Shown piece by piece: positions 63,050 through 64,000 of a stretch of 64,000 nucleotides of DNA (its first letter is position 1; the number at the start of each line of letters is the position of its first letter). Source of the stretch: Longimicrobiales bacterium (GTDB taxonomy: Bacteria > Gemmatimonadota > Gemmatimonadetes > Longimicrobiales > Gaopeijiaceae). The notes beneath the pieces are model-generated. The model did not search any database, had not been told where the DNA came from, and worked only from the letters and a program-made list of their open reading frames with translations. Made by a program: the position numbers and the translations under genes. Location: positions 448,001 to 512,000 of the forward strand of contig JAWLHJ010000003.1 in assembly GCA_041690395.1 (NCBI GenBank), given 5' to 3'.

Positions 63050-63856
63050 ATGACGCGAGAGCCCATCATGCTCGCCTCGGATCTCGACGGGACCCTGATC
63101 CCGACCGACGTCGACGAGGCGCGCGCCGAGGAGATCCGGACCTTCCGGTCCGCCATGAGCGAGCGCGGCCTGAAGCTCGCGTACGTGACCGGTCGGGGGC
63201 GCGATCTGGCGCTGAAGGGCATCCAGCGTGTCGGACTACCCCTCCCCGAAGTCCTCGTGTGCGACGTGGGGACGAGCGTCTGGGTGCGCCGGGGCGGTCA
63301 CGACGCATGGTTCGTCGACGAGGTCTATCAGGAGCGCATGCGGGAAGCGCTCGGCGGCGTGGCCCGGGCGGACATCGTCGGGGGCATCGGCGCGCTCGAG
63401 GGGCTCGAGCTGCAGGAGCCCGGGAAGCAGACCGACTTCAAGATCAGCTATTACGTCGCGCCCGACCGCCTCGACGCTCTTCGCGACGGGGTCGGCGAGC
63501 GCCTCGCCCGCTTCCCGGTCCCACCCAAGGCCGTCTGGAGCCACGATCCCTACAGCGGTCGCATGCTCCTGGACGTCCTGCCGAGAAACGTGGCCAAGCA
63601 TGTCGCGCTCGGGCACCTGCGGGAGCGGCACGGCCACGCGCTGGACGAGATCGTCTACGCGGGTGACTCGGGCAACGACTTCGACGCGCTCCTCAGCGGC
63701 CACCCCGCGATCGTCGTCGCGAACGCTCCCGAGGCCCTGAAGCGCCAGTTGCGGGAGGAGGCGCTGGCGGCCGGGACGCTCGACCGCATGTACTTCGCGG
63801 AACGCCCGTTCGCCGGGGGCGTGATGGAGGGGCTACGCCACTTCGGCGCGCTGTGA
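63050..63856 (+). CDS. HAD-IIB phosphatase, sucrose-phosphate phosphatase-like
   Basis: SDLDGTL, YVTGR, DVLP...K, AGDSGND, VVANA. Confidence 0.88.
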   Translation: MTREPIMLASDLDGTLIPTDVDEARAEEIRTFRSAMSERGLKLAYVTGRGRDLALKGIQRVGLPLPEVLVCDVGTSVWVRRGGHDAWFVDEVYQERMREALGGVARADIVGGIGALEGLELQEPGKQTDFKISYYVAPDRLDALRDGVGERLARFPVPPKAVWSHDPYSGRMLLDVLPRNVAKHVALGHLRERHGHALDEIVYAGDSGNDFDALLSGHPAIVVANAPEALKRQLREEALAAGTLDRMYFAERPFAGGVMEGLRHFGAL

Positions 63857-63870
63857 GCTGGCCCGCCCGG

Positions 63871-64000
63871 TCAACGACCCGAGATGTAGGACATCAGATG
63901 CCGGTTGGCCTCCTCGCTCTCCGAGCGCAGCCGATTCACCACGTCCCCGATCGAGACGATGCCGACCAACCGGCCATCGGACAGGATCGGCAGGTGACGC
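63871..64000 (-). CDS. CBS-domain protein, C-terminal part (runs off the window)
   Basis: Reads RHLPILSDGRLVGIVSIGDVV...HLMSYISGR*. Confidence 0.85.
   Translation of the reverse strand, partial: RHLPILSDGRLVGIVSIGDVVNRLRSESEEANRHLMSYISGR

Overview
High-GC bacterial chromosomal window. Gene content and order suggest Gemmatimonadota, but this is an inference and no search was run. Positions 1-13.6 kb are accessory-looking: three PadR regulators with upstream palindromes, three ATPase-less MacB/FtsX-type (ADOP-like) permeases (one partial, one frameshifted), a MoxR/DUF58/DUF4129 operon, a PadR + HAAS-like/MotA-like membrane pair and a lipoprotein. A tmRNA gene (14267-14621, minus strand, tag ANNNMALAA) is followed by a repeat-rich region containing inverted and direct copies of its 3' end, three covarying hairpins and 31-bp repeats at about 61-bp spacing. 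Positions 14.7-57.3 kb are mostly minus-strand housekeeping genes: dusB, ptsN-like, selB, recO, metK, ptsI/ptsH, mannose-type PTS, hprK, hpf, nusB, rib genes, purM, argS, propionyl-CoA/methylmalonyl-CoA genes, rpsA, cmk, aroA, tyrA and rnz. A 161-bp MITE with perfect 23-bp terminal inverted repeats lies between hpf and hprK. The window ends with a sucrose cluster: sucrose synthase, a three-domain fructokinase/sucrose-phosphate synthase/phosphatase fusion and a divergent SPP-like HAD phosphatase. Functional calls rest on recognised motifs only, and many start codons were adjusted by eye from stop/start overlaps.
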